Positions 14,536 to 26,597 are shown, numbered from the stretch's first letter. The stretch is DNA of 64,000 nt from Trichoplax adhaerens (GCF_000150275.1 NW_002060944.1:1846911-1910910); one strand, 5' to 3'. Numbers and translations are program-made. Notes: a model not told the origin generated them from the sequence alone.

Positions 14536-15174
14536 GTACATGACGAACTGTACTGTACAGTATTGTATGTAATATACCAGGCATCAATATGAAGATAATA
14601 AAGAGCAGTGAGTAAAGCACTGGAAGTCAGAAGTACGGTACTGTATACTTGTATAGTAGTGTAGAAGATAAACTGCCTTCTTCATTGAGTAGAAACTTGT
14701 TTACACAGTAGAGTAGAATATTTCGGTTTATAAAACAGTGTTAATGTTAAGATATGGCTGTAATAAATAGTTTTCTTGTTGTCTAATATGCTGTCGCTAT
14801 TGAGATGGAACAACATAGCACAATCAACAATGTGATTGTATGGGTATTGATTCCAACCGAGCGAGTACATTAAAGTAAAAAGCACAAGTACAGTACCGTA
14901 TATTATGTCTTTAAATTTTAAAGAAATGCACATTAAATTTGGCTCAAATTCCATGCAGACAGATCAGTACAACCTTGAGCAATTGGCTCTTGATGCTTTT
15001 ATTACTTTTATTGCAGTATGTATTGAGTAATTTTATTTCTTTAAAGTTTCTAATGCAAAATATCAGTCACCATCATATCCGTCAAATGGTGTGTCATGGT
15101 AGTACGCGAAGTAAGGGTATAACGTGCAGTGGCTCATAATCCTACCGATTCAGTCCTACCTGCACGTTACCCAT

Positions 15175-15320
15175 TACTGTACTCTACTGTACAGTACTGT
15201 ACAGTACAGTACTCAAATTCATATACTGTACTGTATTGCACTTTACTATACAGTACTGTAGGTCTCTTACTCTTGTTCATACAGTACTGTACAATACTAG
15301 CAATTACAGTACTGTACAAT
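15175..15320. repeat. CAGTA/TACTG pentamer array upstream of the glycosyltransferase gene
   Basis: actgtacagtactgtacagtacagtac...tacagtactgta repeated. Confidence 0.85.
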
Positions 15321-15616
15321 ACTTTTTAACTTTTTAAAAAAGCTTGCGATTAATCGCTAAACCGCACTGATCGAAGTACTGTAAGCTTTTGCTGCATAAT
15401 TTACCACGTTCATTATTTCTTACCATAAATCAATTTCCGTTCGATGTTATGGTGGACAAATTTTGATTCCTTGTTTTGTAAGACATACAGTGCTATCGTT
15501 TTATGGATCAAATACTGTACAGGCGTTTTCTAGACGTTTCTTTCATAATTTGATTGACTGTTCTATATTATCTTAATGAATCGTGGTTAAGGTCGTACGT
15601 ATATGATCGTTTAAAG

Positions 15617-16651
15617 ATGAGATTTAAAGTTTCCAGAACATTCATGATCATTCTCATTATCTTGAATGTGATTTTACTATTTAAATTATATACCAGCCGG
15701 TGGAACAAGACAAATGAAACTTCCATAAAAATATCTTTGCCTGTTCGTTATCAAAAGATTTTAAGAGCGACAAGAGAAAAGGTAATTCAAATGAGCCCTA
15801 ACTTCGAATTTTTTAGTCGTCGTCCAAGTGCGAAAGGTTGCAAAACACGCGCGTTTCTATTAATGGTGATCAATTCAAATCCTCAAAATTTTGAAAAACG
15901 TAATGCTATAAGAAAGACTTGGGGCAACGGCTCTGATTATAATAATTTATTAAATACCACTTACGCATGGAGGACAGTTTTCATAATAGGCCGAAAGGCC
16001 TCGGAAGATGTTAACCAGAAGATTGAAGAAGAATCCGTAAAATATGGGGATTTAGTATTAGGTGATTTCATTGATCATATGAAAAATCTTACTTTTAAGA
16101 CTTTACTTGGTATGCGGTGGGCAAATAGTTTTTGCAAGCCTATGTTCCTGTATAAAGGTGATGACGACGTCTTTGTTAATGCCCCACGTTTGTTCCAGTA
16201 CTTAGTCAAATTGGCGAATGAAAATACGACAAAGTTATGGCTTGGTCGGGCTAACTTCAAACCTGGTGAGCGCATTCCTATTCGTGACAAGAAGCATAAA
16301 TACTTTGTATCGTACCAAGATTTTAATGAAACGTTATTTCCTGCATTTTGTTCTGGATTCTCTTATATATTTTCTTACGATGTTTTGAGAGATATGTTAT
16401 TAGTGGTTAAATACTTTAAGAAGTTAGAAACCATCGACGATATTTATATTTCTTTATTGGCAAGGAAAATTGGAGTAAAACCGACACATCATAAAGGGTT
16501 TCATTGGTTTAACCCACCCAATCCTAATCATATGTTTACAGTGTACGAAATTAGTTCCAGGTTTGCTGAACATGATATTAAACCTAATCAGCAGGAAAAA
16601 CTGCTTAAAATGGCTAAAGTGGGTATGAAATTGTTTCCTAAGGTGTATTGA
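15617..16651 (+). CDS. Intronless GT31 beta-1,3-galactosyl/GlcNAc-transferase (type II Golgi membrane protein)
   Basis: ATG 15617 and N-terminal TM (FMIILIILNVILLF). Motifs RNAIRKTWG, EESVKYGDLVLGDFID..NLTFKT, KGDDDVFVN (DxD), FPAFCSGFSY and IDDIYIS. Confidence 0.93.
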   Translation: MRFKVSRTFMIILIILNVILLFKLYTSRWNKTNETSIKISLPVRYQKILRATREKVIQMSPNFEFFSRRPSAKGCKTRAFLLMVINSNPQNFEKRNAIRKTWGNGSDYNNLLNTTYAWRTVFIIGRKASEDVNQKIEEESVKYGDLVLGDFIDHMKNLTFKTLLGMRWANSFCKPMFLYKGDDDVFVNAPRLFQYLVKLANENTTKLWLGRANFKPGERIPIRDKKHKYFVSYQDFNETLFPAFCSGFSYIFSYDVLRDMLLVVKYFKKLETIDDIYISLLARKIGVKPTHHKGFHWFNPPNPNHMFTVYEISSRFAEHDIKPNQQEKLLKMAKVGMKLFPKVY

Positions 16652-18705
16652 TATAGTTCGTTTGTATGCGAGATGAGTATTCGTACGGTAGAAATGTATC
16701 CACGGCCTAGCCTAAATACAAGATACAGTATGAAGTGTTTTGCTAAGATTGCTATAATGGTAGATTTATGTATGTATTGTATTAAGTCCGGTTCTGCTTA
16801 TTATACTGTAAGTGGTAATTGAGAATTCTCTTTAAGTAGTTTACGTACTCTTCTAGGTTTTGGAAAATTTTGGTTAATTTGATTTTGTATCGTAAAGTTT
16901 TGTATGAAAATAGTACAATTTAGTACTACAAAAGAAGTTTTAGTTAACTTTCGTTTTCGGCAGACCTACAAACATGCTGAATTTACAATTACAGAAGATA
17001 TTGTTATTGTCTACAGCTTTTTATGTACAGAATGTAACAGTATGTATAAATCAGTCACGATCGGATTTTTTTGCATAGAAAGGCATAAGTCCAAACATCT
17101 CAGATATTAATTTCGTTAATACTGCATTAATGTTTGATGAGTCAGTACCGCAGTTATGTAATTGTGGCTAAGTGCCAGAATCACTATCTTGATCGTCTCA
17201 CCTACACTTGATGGAAATTTTAAATTTTATATAACCAAGCTCTTCTACCCTTTAGGTTAGTTAGTTTTGTTTCTGTGGTTTTTGACTACTTTAGCTGATG
17301 TACAGTTACAACTGCACTATTCGGCTAGCTAATAAATTGTTTTATTGTGCTTTTTACTTTATGTGTTTATTATTATTTACTTCGACAAGCACAATAATCT
17401 AAATTCTGTACGTACGGTAAACTGACGAAATAAAGGACGATTTGTCTTGGCTTTTTAAATTGATATAGCAACGAATAATGTATGATATTGTTTATATTAA
17501 TTAACGTTCGGATTAAATTCCATACTCATTTCACAGTACATTGACTGTACATTTGAGTGAGACTAAGGTAAATGTCTTCTGTTGCTGGTATCATCAGTAT
17601 GAGACACTACAGGTTAAATTGTATACAGTGCTACAGCTTATAGAAGTAAGAGTCATTTCAATATAATCTATTTTATTTCTTACATTAAAAAGCTTAAGTT
17701 AAATACTTAAGTAGCCTGAACTGCAAGTCCATTACCTAGGAATAGAGTGAAATAAGTACGTACAGTTATGTGCTTGTTCTAATCAATACATGTTGAATTG
17801 CGATACATTCTACCACCGTAGTTAGGTAAAACACTATAGTTAAAGGCAGCATTTGCAAGTCGAATATAGTTAACTTTGATATTTAAAAATTAAGTTTTGG
17901 TTTATACATACGCGGATAATAAATTTTGTGTAATCATATTATATTGCACCTATATTCTAATATAAACTGTTTTGTATATTTTACTGTCATTGACTAATGA
18001 CAAAAGATACGCGAATTTATTATTGAAAGCTAATGACTAAACCGATTATTGTCAATCAAGGCGATAGACTTTATGGACTTTTCGTAAATTGCTTCAACAG
18101 TTAAGAGGAATCAAGATGCCCAATTGTACGCTTAATCCATTTATTTTAGTTTTCATTACGTAGTAAACAAATTTAATAGTTGGCCAATACACGCTTTTTT
18201 GGATGTAATAAACCATGTCTTCTAATAACATTGATTAGTTTGATTTTATTAGTACAGTACAGTAATTGCTATATTAGCAGAAGTAATGAATACGAAAGAG
18301 AATAGATTGGCTAATAAAAACTCGTAAATGTATTATTATAATTAAATTATCAATTGAAAGAATTAAAAGAAATTAATGCATTATTTACACTTCATTCTAG
18401 GAAGTGAAGTTGAAATCTAAAATCAGTATCGGGAAGAGGCTAATTTAAACATGTATACTATTTATATTAAGCTAGAATTAGCTCTATAAAATAGACCGGT
18501 ACAGGGTTAGCATTGTCATCTTCAATGCTTGATAAATTCTCTGTCCGAAACAAGTGATGCCTTTGAGTAAAGCAATTGTTTTTACAATCCAAAATTTTAT
18601 GATTTCAGCGTATCTGAATGAAGTTTAAATATGATTTTTGTCTATTTGCTATAGTTACCATTTATGAACACTGATAATTAATAAGATTAATTCATCAGTT
18701 CTACG

Positions 18706-20861
18706 CTAAGCTCTCTTCACTGATTCCATAGCTTCGCAGAGGAAAATATCTATAGAACGGCGACAAAGCACCGACGTAAAAAATATTTCTTCGATAACTT
18801 TAGAGCTAATAGAGCGTAACATTAATAATCTTAAAAGTAGATAACCAAAGCGGGATGGTTGATCTGGATATTGGCTTTTAACATGCTGTTTAAGAGCACA
18901 TTGTATATTTTCTTGAATATATTCGACATAATTTGGATTGACTAATCCTCGAACATCTAGTAAAAAGTGATTCCCAAAAAAAGGTTATCCAGTAACTATC
19001 ATAAATTTACAACAAAAATATAGGAAAGCTATTTTATTTCAGTTTACCTGGGTTAAATAATATCAATGCCTTTAAGCAAGAAAATTCCGTTGTGTCAATA
19101 AATCTTTTCTTAAGTTTCACAATAGCTTCTTGAAAAAGGCATATATGATGCATGACTTCTTGAGGGTGAGTTAGGTAAAAGTTACTGGTTGTGGAGTATG
19201 GAAACATGTTCAATGGTGGAGACCATTGGGCAGCATTCAAAATGAATAATTCAGACCAGCAAGATCTAAGCAGTGTCATTTGATCGGTACAACTAGTCAT
19301 CTCTGAAAAGTAGGGTAGTTTAACCGTCCATTCCACAACAGAATAGAGAATTCGCATTGAAGATTGGCAGATAGCCTCAAATCCGATAAAACCTGATTGC
19401 AGTTGCAGACTTCTACTAGAAAGTACTAATGTCTCAGCTGCGACGAGGTTCTTAATAAGGCTATTTATTGCTGTTTCTGAATCTGGTGTCATTTCTTTCT
19501 CGGTTTTGCCAGAATTACGATCGGCGCGAATGGTAGACGTGTGCCTTTCTTTTTGAACGGCTACAATAGTAAAACACACTTTGTAAATTTTTCGACTTTC
19601 ATACCGCATAATTGAATAATCAGTTAACTTAATGCGAGATAAGTTTACAGCGTAATCTGCTATGTATTTACATACTGAGTACACAGCAGCAGTCAGCAAC
19701 TAACGATTACAGAATGTCATTAATATTGCATAGTGCAACAAGCAAGCAACGGATATTAGTCAGTATACAGTAGTATATGATTATTATTAGCTTTTTTATC
19801 TCTACCATTTACAGTATCCACACTATTGAAATATATAATTGTCTACTCAACTGTACAGTACTGCAGTATACATGTACCCTGGTACACCCTCCGGCACTAA
19901 ACTGGTTTATAGTATACTTTTATAGAAATTAGTTATGTACTAGAGAGAGACGTTTCTTACCTTCTTTTCTCATTCCCACCTTGAAGCATTTCTGCAGTCG
20001 ACAAAACTGGCACTTCAAAATAAGGAAATTGATTAATTATTACAATTTGGCAGGAAGTGAGTAACACTATTTATTTACACAGGCTAGCTATCATATGAAA
20101 AATAATTTTTTAAAAATCGTTATTATGTACAGACACTACTAAATAATATGCTGTACCGGTAGCTGTACGAAGTACAGTACAGTATGTTAAACTACTGTAC
20201 TGAAATTAATTAATAACATTAACATTAGATATTAGTGATATTACACTGGCCACGAAACCCGGCGTAGCCAAACTGGGCTTTTAACTCTACGTTTCAGTGC
20301 TACTGTACTGTACTGTACTTAGTATACAGTATATCAGTCTACAGTATACAGTACTGTATACCGGCCGGGCAGAAAAATGCGTGAAGCTAAAAATCTTACT
20401 GTACTGTACAGTACAGTACACTAGTACAGTACAATATAGTAATTTATGAAAACATTTTAGATCGATTCTAAAAACTAGAAAACACGAATCCGGTCTCGGT
20501 AAATTAAGAACACTGTAAAAATTATAATTATTAATGTAGATCCGCGAAGTGTAGCTAATTGATAAACTCGTCCTATTTCCGGATGGATACCTTGCATTTT
20601 TACTATGCTATCTCATACCTGATTTCGGTTTGCCTTTGTGATTTTGCAGGCATTCGCTGAACATGTACACGCATACTTCATGTTACGTCTCACACTACGT
20701 TTAAAAAATCCTTTGCAGCCCTCACAACTGATAACACCGTAATGTCGACCATTGCTTCTATCCCCGCAAATTAGACAACAAAGTTCCTTGCTTAAAGATT
20801 TAGTTTCATCTTTCGCAGCCGCGGTTGGAGAATCGATGTATTCACTTGATCTTGTTGACAT
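18706..20861 (-). CDS. NR2F: Nuclear receptor, COUP-TF/NR2F-like (4 coding exons)
   Basis: C4 zinc fingers CLICGD...[15 protein letters not shown]...RNQ|[17 protein letters not shown]|AVQKER. The LBD segments [52 protein letters not shown]|DVRGL and [17 protein letters not shown] resemble COUP-TF. Stop TAG at 18706-18708. Confidence 0.88.
20150..20435. repeat. CAGTA/TACTG pentamer arrays in NR2F intron 1
   Basis: tactgtactgtactgtac..., tactgtactgtacagtacagtacac. Confidence 0.8.
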
Positions 20862-21427
20862 TACAGAATATTAACGAGCTGAACTAGAAAAGAAAGCTAT
20901 CTACTACCGAATATTGTGCGGTATAGTGCAGCACGGGATGGTTTAATGTATGTGATTAACTTGCACTATACTGTAAATCTACAGTTTTTGTAATTACGGA
21001 AGCCCTTTTTACTGGATACTGCAGTTACGATTTTAGAACTTACGGTATGCAGTAAGTTGGCAGAGGCGGCCGGCACTATCGTAAAAATCACTCGTACTTT
21101 GAATTAACTGCAAACTAAATTGTTACTGATATACGAGTACAGTGTAGAGTACTGTATATACAAATTCTACGAGATCACTACAAAGTACCTTCAGCTTCTC
21201 GATTTAAGGGATCTAAAGTTCACAGTAAGCCTAGATAAGATGATAAATTAGGATGCTGTACGATGGTAATGCTGAACAAAATAAGCAAATACGTAAAGCG
21301 CTGTCGCCGAACAGGAGCTAGTGATATCTTCTGCTTGATGGAATATTTTTGAATGTCGCTTCTATCTGTGGTACGAGACACTTTTATGGTAAAATGCTTG
21401 CCCCTTTTTGTTTTGTATATCGTCATA

Positions 21428-22795
21428 TCAAGGTCATTAAGGTCAAGTACGGTGCATGTGATTCATCAGTCTGTTGTTTTTGGCTTGGGAAAGATAGTAA
21501 ACAAGATGACCTTGCGTACCCACGGATATGCTCAGTCATTAAGTATTGTTTACATATAGCGGCCTTTTTTACTTAATTCTACAAGCTTCAGTGTGAAGGT
21601 CAGGCTGGGGTCTGAGACACCGACATGCTTCACATAAGTGACCGTGACTTCAAGCGTAACTGTAACTGTACAAATACAGTACAGTACAGTACTCCATTGT
21701 ACTGTACTGTACTGTACTGTACTGTACTGTACTGTACAGTACGACTGTACAGTACTGTACAGTACAGTACTGTAGATAATTATAACTAAGGGTTAAGGGT
21801 TTATACCATTTTGTAAAATGACCGATGTACGGTACTGTACACTGTACAGTACTGTAGAGTACGGTACATTATTTATGTTGCTTAGTAATTAACGTTGTAT
21901 AACTAAATTTACGGATTCATTTAGAATTTATAACTCTACCGTACGTAGGTTATAACTATGGACATTCTTGCGCGTAATTGTTCGTTTACTACTTTACCTT
22001 ATGATCCTATAATTAATTAATTAATTAAGAGATATATATAATGATATGCTATGGATTGTAATTGTAGGCGAAGTGTATTTAGAGACCACCATTTTTTAAT
22101 CGATAAAGTGAGTACGATTAGAAGTAAACAGTTCTTATATTGTACAATTTCTACCAGAAATGCAATTTGCAAATTCAAAGTCAATTAGGATCGAAACTTA
22201 ACTTAATTTAGCAATTTTATCAAAATAATCACACTCAGTGCCGCAATAATACGCGTAAACACAGGATGTGACGATAGTGCAGCACAGATTATACAGTCTG
22301 TAGTTATAGAGTTCCTTAGGGTTATCATTGTTGTTTTACTAAAGATCAATCTCTAGCAATTTGCTTTGGATAAACCTAAACAGTAGTTTCATATTGTCTA
22401 TTATGTGTTTTCTATATGATAAAACGCGTATTTAACTATAAAATTAAAACAGTTTTTGTACAGACAGTAAACGATCTAGCCATTAGAATGCCATAGTGAC
22501 AGTGGTTTCTTATTCTTTTCTTATTATGGACTACAGTATTATTATGAATATAACCTTTTAGCACTAAAAAGACGCCTACGGTAGTCTATTCAGCAAACCT
22601 TGACCTTGACTTTGTTCGGTCGCAAAATCGTTAAGGTCAGTGACCCGAAACTAAAACCGCGACTTTGTAATAAAAAAAAGTCAAATCTAACACCACTGAT
22701 CTAGTCATGACGTCACATGATTACACACGGGTCACGGGCAGGTCAAGGCGATCATGACTTCTCGCTTGTTGACTTTTTTGACCTTGACTTGACTT
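21428..22795. promoter_or_regulatory. Cluster of nuclear-receptor response elements upstream of NR2F
   Basis: TNAAGGTCA at 21428, 21437, 21594 and 22631 (+) and at 22601 and 22779 (TGACCTTGA). DR3 21431-21445, IR1 22634-22646, DR5 22729-22745, DR0 22601-22612 and 22779-22790, CRE TGACGTCA 22708-22715. Confidence 0.7.
21660..21868. repeat. Long (TACTG)n/(CAGTA)n array upstream of NR2F
   Basis: tacagtacagtacagtac...gtactgtactgtactgtactgtactgtactgtactgtacagtacgactgtacagtactgtacagtacagtactgta. Confidence 0.9.
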
Positions 22796-23504
22796 TTACA
22801 CTTACAAAGCTCTGATTACCGTCTGCACGTACAGTACTGTAACTCTGTAAGTCCACCGAGAAACTGTGGCCGCGACCTGTCATGACATTTCATTACTGTT
22901 TAATTAACTTTACTGTAACAATACAACAATGTACGTACTGGTCACTCTTGGACGGATAGACATTTTCGGTCTCATCTCGTCAAAATATCTTACCAAACAA
23001 ACACTTCGTTTTGGCACTACTTCAGTATACAGACGGTCGATTTTGAATTAACTGATAATTTCTCAGTTAACTAATGTTACATTGAATCTTATTATCTGTT
23101 ACAAAGTTCAGATCAACAGTATTATCCTACTCCTACAATTTTTATAGAATTTTATAGTATTTTCGTACTGCTGATACTATGAAAGTATAAATTCGTCGCC
23201 ATTCAATCATAATGGAAAGTCAATGAAAATTGATTGTCCAAAGCTTATTTAGTGGTCACTTTTCTACCTACTGTACTGTAGTTATAGAGGAGACATCAGT
23301 AACAGTAAAGAGCTGGATCGTCAAGTCACATTGTCTACTGCTTTATAGATGCTATTTAATTTAGTACAAGTGATTTTAGAAAACAGACATAGAAGATCCA
23401 TACTAAGTGCAGTAGCCATTTTTCGATATTTGCTTTAAGTAGACCTAACTGTAAGGCCTCATTTGATGAGAAAAATCCGTCTGTCTGAGATCTCCTTCCA
23501 GCCA

Positions 23505-23800
23505 TGCAGTACAGTATAAAAAAGCAAGGGTTTCGTACTATGGACTGTACTAAAAATACTACTGTACTGTACTGTATAGTACTGTACTGTACTAGTACAG
23601 TACAGTACAGTACATTTACAAATCGGTCAAATCCATAATAAAATTTTACCGCCATTAGTTCAAGTAAACAGTTATTTATTACTTCAAGTTCTTTAATGTT
23701 CAAATATCACCATCACTTTCATAAAAATAAGTTGATTGCAATGTAAATCGCTACGATTACACGGACTGTACAGTACCAAAATATTCGCAGATACTGTAAG
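23505..23800. repeat. CAGTA/TACTG array just 3' of the orphan secreted-protein ORF
   Basis: actactgtactgtactgtatagtactgtactgtactagtacagtacagtacagtaca. Confidence 0.8.
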
Positions 23801-23817
23801 ATACCACTTTTCGAGTA

Positions 23818-24471
23818 CTACCATGGGTTAGTGCATCGCCAAAGTCTTGATCTAGTTCTTTCGAATTGTTTACGAAAATTACGCATTCGTTGCTTTTCAC
23901 TTTTCATTACTTTATTACAAATGCGGATAGCCTTCGTGTTGCGTTGTTTCTTATTTCTAAGTGCTTGACAGAATCTTTGATTTACAAACAATCTTAGACT
24001 GTGGCATTTCCTTTGCTTAAATTGTAATTGCTGTTTCTGACGGAGGAGATTGCTCAATTGGGATTCTAAAGTTTTCACATATTGTTCCTGAACTGTCAAT
24101 CTCTTCTTAGATGCAGAAAGTAACCTCAGCAACGATATGTAATTCGGACAAGACTGATAAGCTTTAGGAAGTTCTTTATCATCATTCTCGAAGTCATGAT
24201 ATAGCGGAGCAAGGAAATCTCTGACTTGGGTTTCATAAAACGGTATTTCGTCGAATGCACGCGTATTATGAAATGCGGTTAAACCTCCAGGAGTTGCCTG
24301 TTTATTGCTAGTCAATGTCGATCCTTTATCGTAGTTCTTGAAAATTTGATTCGAAGATGTTGAAATGCCAAGATCCAGTGATTCACTATGAACAGCTCTA
24401 TTCGTAGCTAAAGCTAAAATATTGATGTTAGCCGAGAGTATTAGAAAGGCAAAGGTATACGAAAGTATCAT
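23818..24471 (-). CDS. Orphan secreted protein with coiled coil and basic Cys-containing C-terminus (single exon)
   Basis: 217-codon open frame from ATG 24471. Signal-peptide-like MILSYTFAFLILSANINILALA, heptad-like VQEQYVKTLESQLSNLLRQKQQL, and a K/R-rich tail ending WRCTNPW*. No family recognised. Confidence 0.65.
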   Translation of the reverse strand: MILSYTFAFLILSANINILALATNRAVHSESLDLGISTSSNQIFKNYDKGSTLTSNKQATPGGLTAFHNTRAFDEIPFYETQVRDFLAPLYHDFENDDKELPKAYQSCPNYISLLRLLSASKKRLTVQEQYVKTLESQLSNLLRQKQQLQFKQRKCHSLRLFVNQRFCQALRNKKQRNTKAIRICNKVMKSEKQRMRNFRKQFERTRSRLWRCTNPW

Positions 24472-26597
24472 TTTGTCTTGTAGTACGAGTACTGTTTGCT
24501 CAATATACAGTAATATAGATCTCACTGCTGTATTCGTATACTACTACAGTACAGTTGTTCACGGTTGGTAAATTTTCAACAGAAATAAGATTCGCTGTAG
24601 TTAGCAACAAATTGGAAAGTGATTATCAAGATTTAAAGACGCTATTAAATAGAGAATATAAATTATGATAAGGTCGATAATTTAGTTGTTATTCACTTCA
24701 AATTCCAACAGAAAACATAATACTTGTTACTGTAAGAAGATATGCTTTTGTTTTATCCTAGAGATGTTTGAGGTGCAATAACTATCTCATAGCTATTAAT
24801 GAGGCATTGAAATTATAGTATTTTATAATAAACCGCTAATACGTAAGTGTTTACCAAGTCCAAATGTGATAACTTTCTTAAAAATCACTGTATGAAGAAA
24901 TTGATACAATGACTTACAATCAACTATATTTTGTATATAGTGCTGGCTCTGCGTACACTCTATTGTTGAATTTTTCAATGATCACTGCCTAATTTGTAAA
25001 TTTTCTATCCTTGCATGTTTATATCTTACATTGCTTCCTAAGATAGCCATAATACTATATAATTTTAAATAATTTATATTTACTAGCCGATAAATTTACC
25101 ACGAAATATTAAATTTTATAAATTTGATGTTATCGAAAAGGACTTCAAACATAAACTCAGATATCTCGCTATGTGGATCATTATCCTAAGTGAATTTAAT
25201 TTAACAAATATATAAGATTAAGGAGTAACTGATCGCATTAATTGTAGAAATAATGGTTCCAGTTGTTTATAGAGTACATATGTGTATGAAATTCTATCAA
25301 GAACTAACTGTATCATTAGCGCGTAGAACACCTTTGAGTATGACAAAAGCTAATAAACTAGCTATATAGTAGATAACCGTTTTCCCTTCATTACCGCTAT
25401 CAAAATGAGAACGTTATAGAATACGTGTGATTGTAAGTACTGGATTATTTGCAGTTCAGCAAACCGATCTGGCTCAGTGGTCAAGCAGATTTAATTATTT
25501 ATAATTAATATGCGTAAATAGCGAAGTTTAAGACGCGCGAAGTACAGTACATTATGTTCTAGTTGTAAATTACCCACCGGAACCTACAAAATATACTGTA
25601 AATAAAATCTATCTATCTAAGGACACAAAGATGTGTTATAATTAGGGGTTAAATAGAAAGTAATTTTAATTATTAATTACTGATGAAGCGCAACCGGGTC
25701 TCGGCGACATTTATTTTCGCTGAAAGATATCTACTTTAGAGGAATGTTTAAAGTTGATATTCAAATATTTGCACTACCAGGACCTACAATGCAGATGTAC
25801 CTCAGCACGTTGTGTTGCTGCGAGTAACTTCATTTTTAATTTTTCTACTAAGTTGTGACATTATTTACGCTCATAGCCCACAGCAGTTAAATTTAGTACC
25901 ATTTAGAGCGATAGCATACGATGATCAATAAAATTATACGTTGGTATTTGCTAATTAAAGGGAGAAAGTTAAAGGCTTTTCTAGCTCCAACCTAGCGTTT
26001 CTTTCAAGGACAAGGTACTAGTTGCCAATAATTAATAAATATAATTACATCACGAAGGCAATTCTTTTGAGGGAGGCGGGTTGATATGCGATCGTATGTT
26101 TTATGTTACGCTTGCGTACTCACTATTAAAGTTTACTTTCAGTCTTAGAGCAACATGGGTACTCAAGATATTTATTTCATTGATAATTCGTACATGTTTT
26201 TACAATTTGAGATTACTTTAAAAGAAAATTCCGTTACTGTATATATAAATTTGTAGTTCATTTTCGGATTGCTTATATTCTAGCATAATAGCGGTAGTTA
26301 AGTAACTAGGTACAACTCACTAACTGCATGTCAAAACCTAAGTGGTTAACATAGGTTACAAACCTTACGTCACAAAAGCAAGAGCCGGAAATTAATTTCG
26401 GAATATATTAATATAATGAACTCGATTGCAAGCAGATTTTAATAATCTATCCCATTACCTACCAATGTACCCAGTGCAATGGGCTAAAAAAATCAATTAT
26501 TTTCAAATGCAGTTCTTAATTAATCACGTCTTAATAAGTTATCTAAGTTTGCTCGAGAAGGCATGTCGTAAATTATGATAAATTATGATAAATTACG

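Noticed and set aside
18497-18546. Stem-loop in the NR2F 3' region (AGCATTG/CAATGCT)
   Set aside because: Short stem expected by chance; no SECIS quartet and no in-frame UGA in the gene.
21660-21868. Repeat arrays as CRISPR-like loci
   Set aside because: No constant 25-45-bp repeat with unique spacers and no cas genes; the context is a eukaryotic intron-containing genome.
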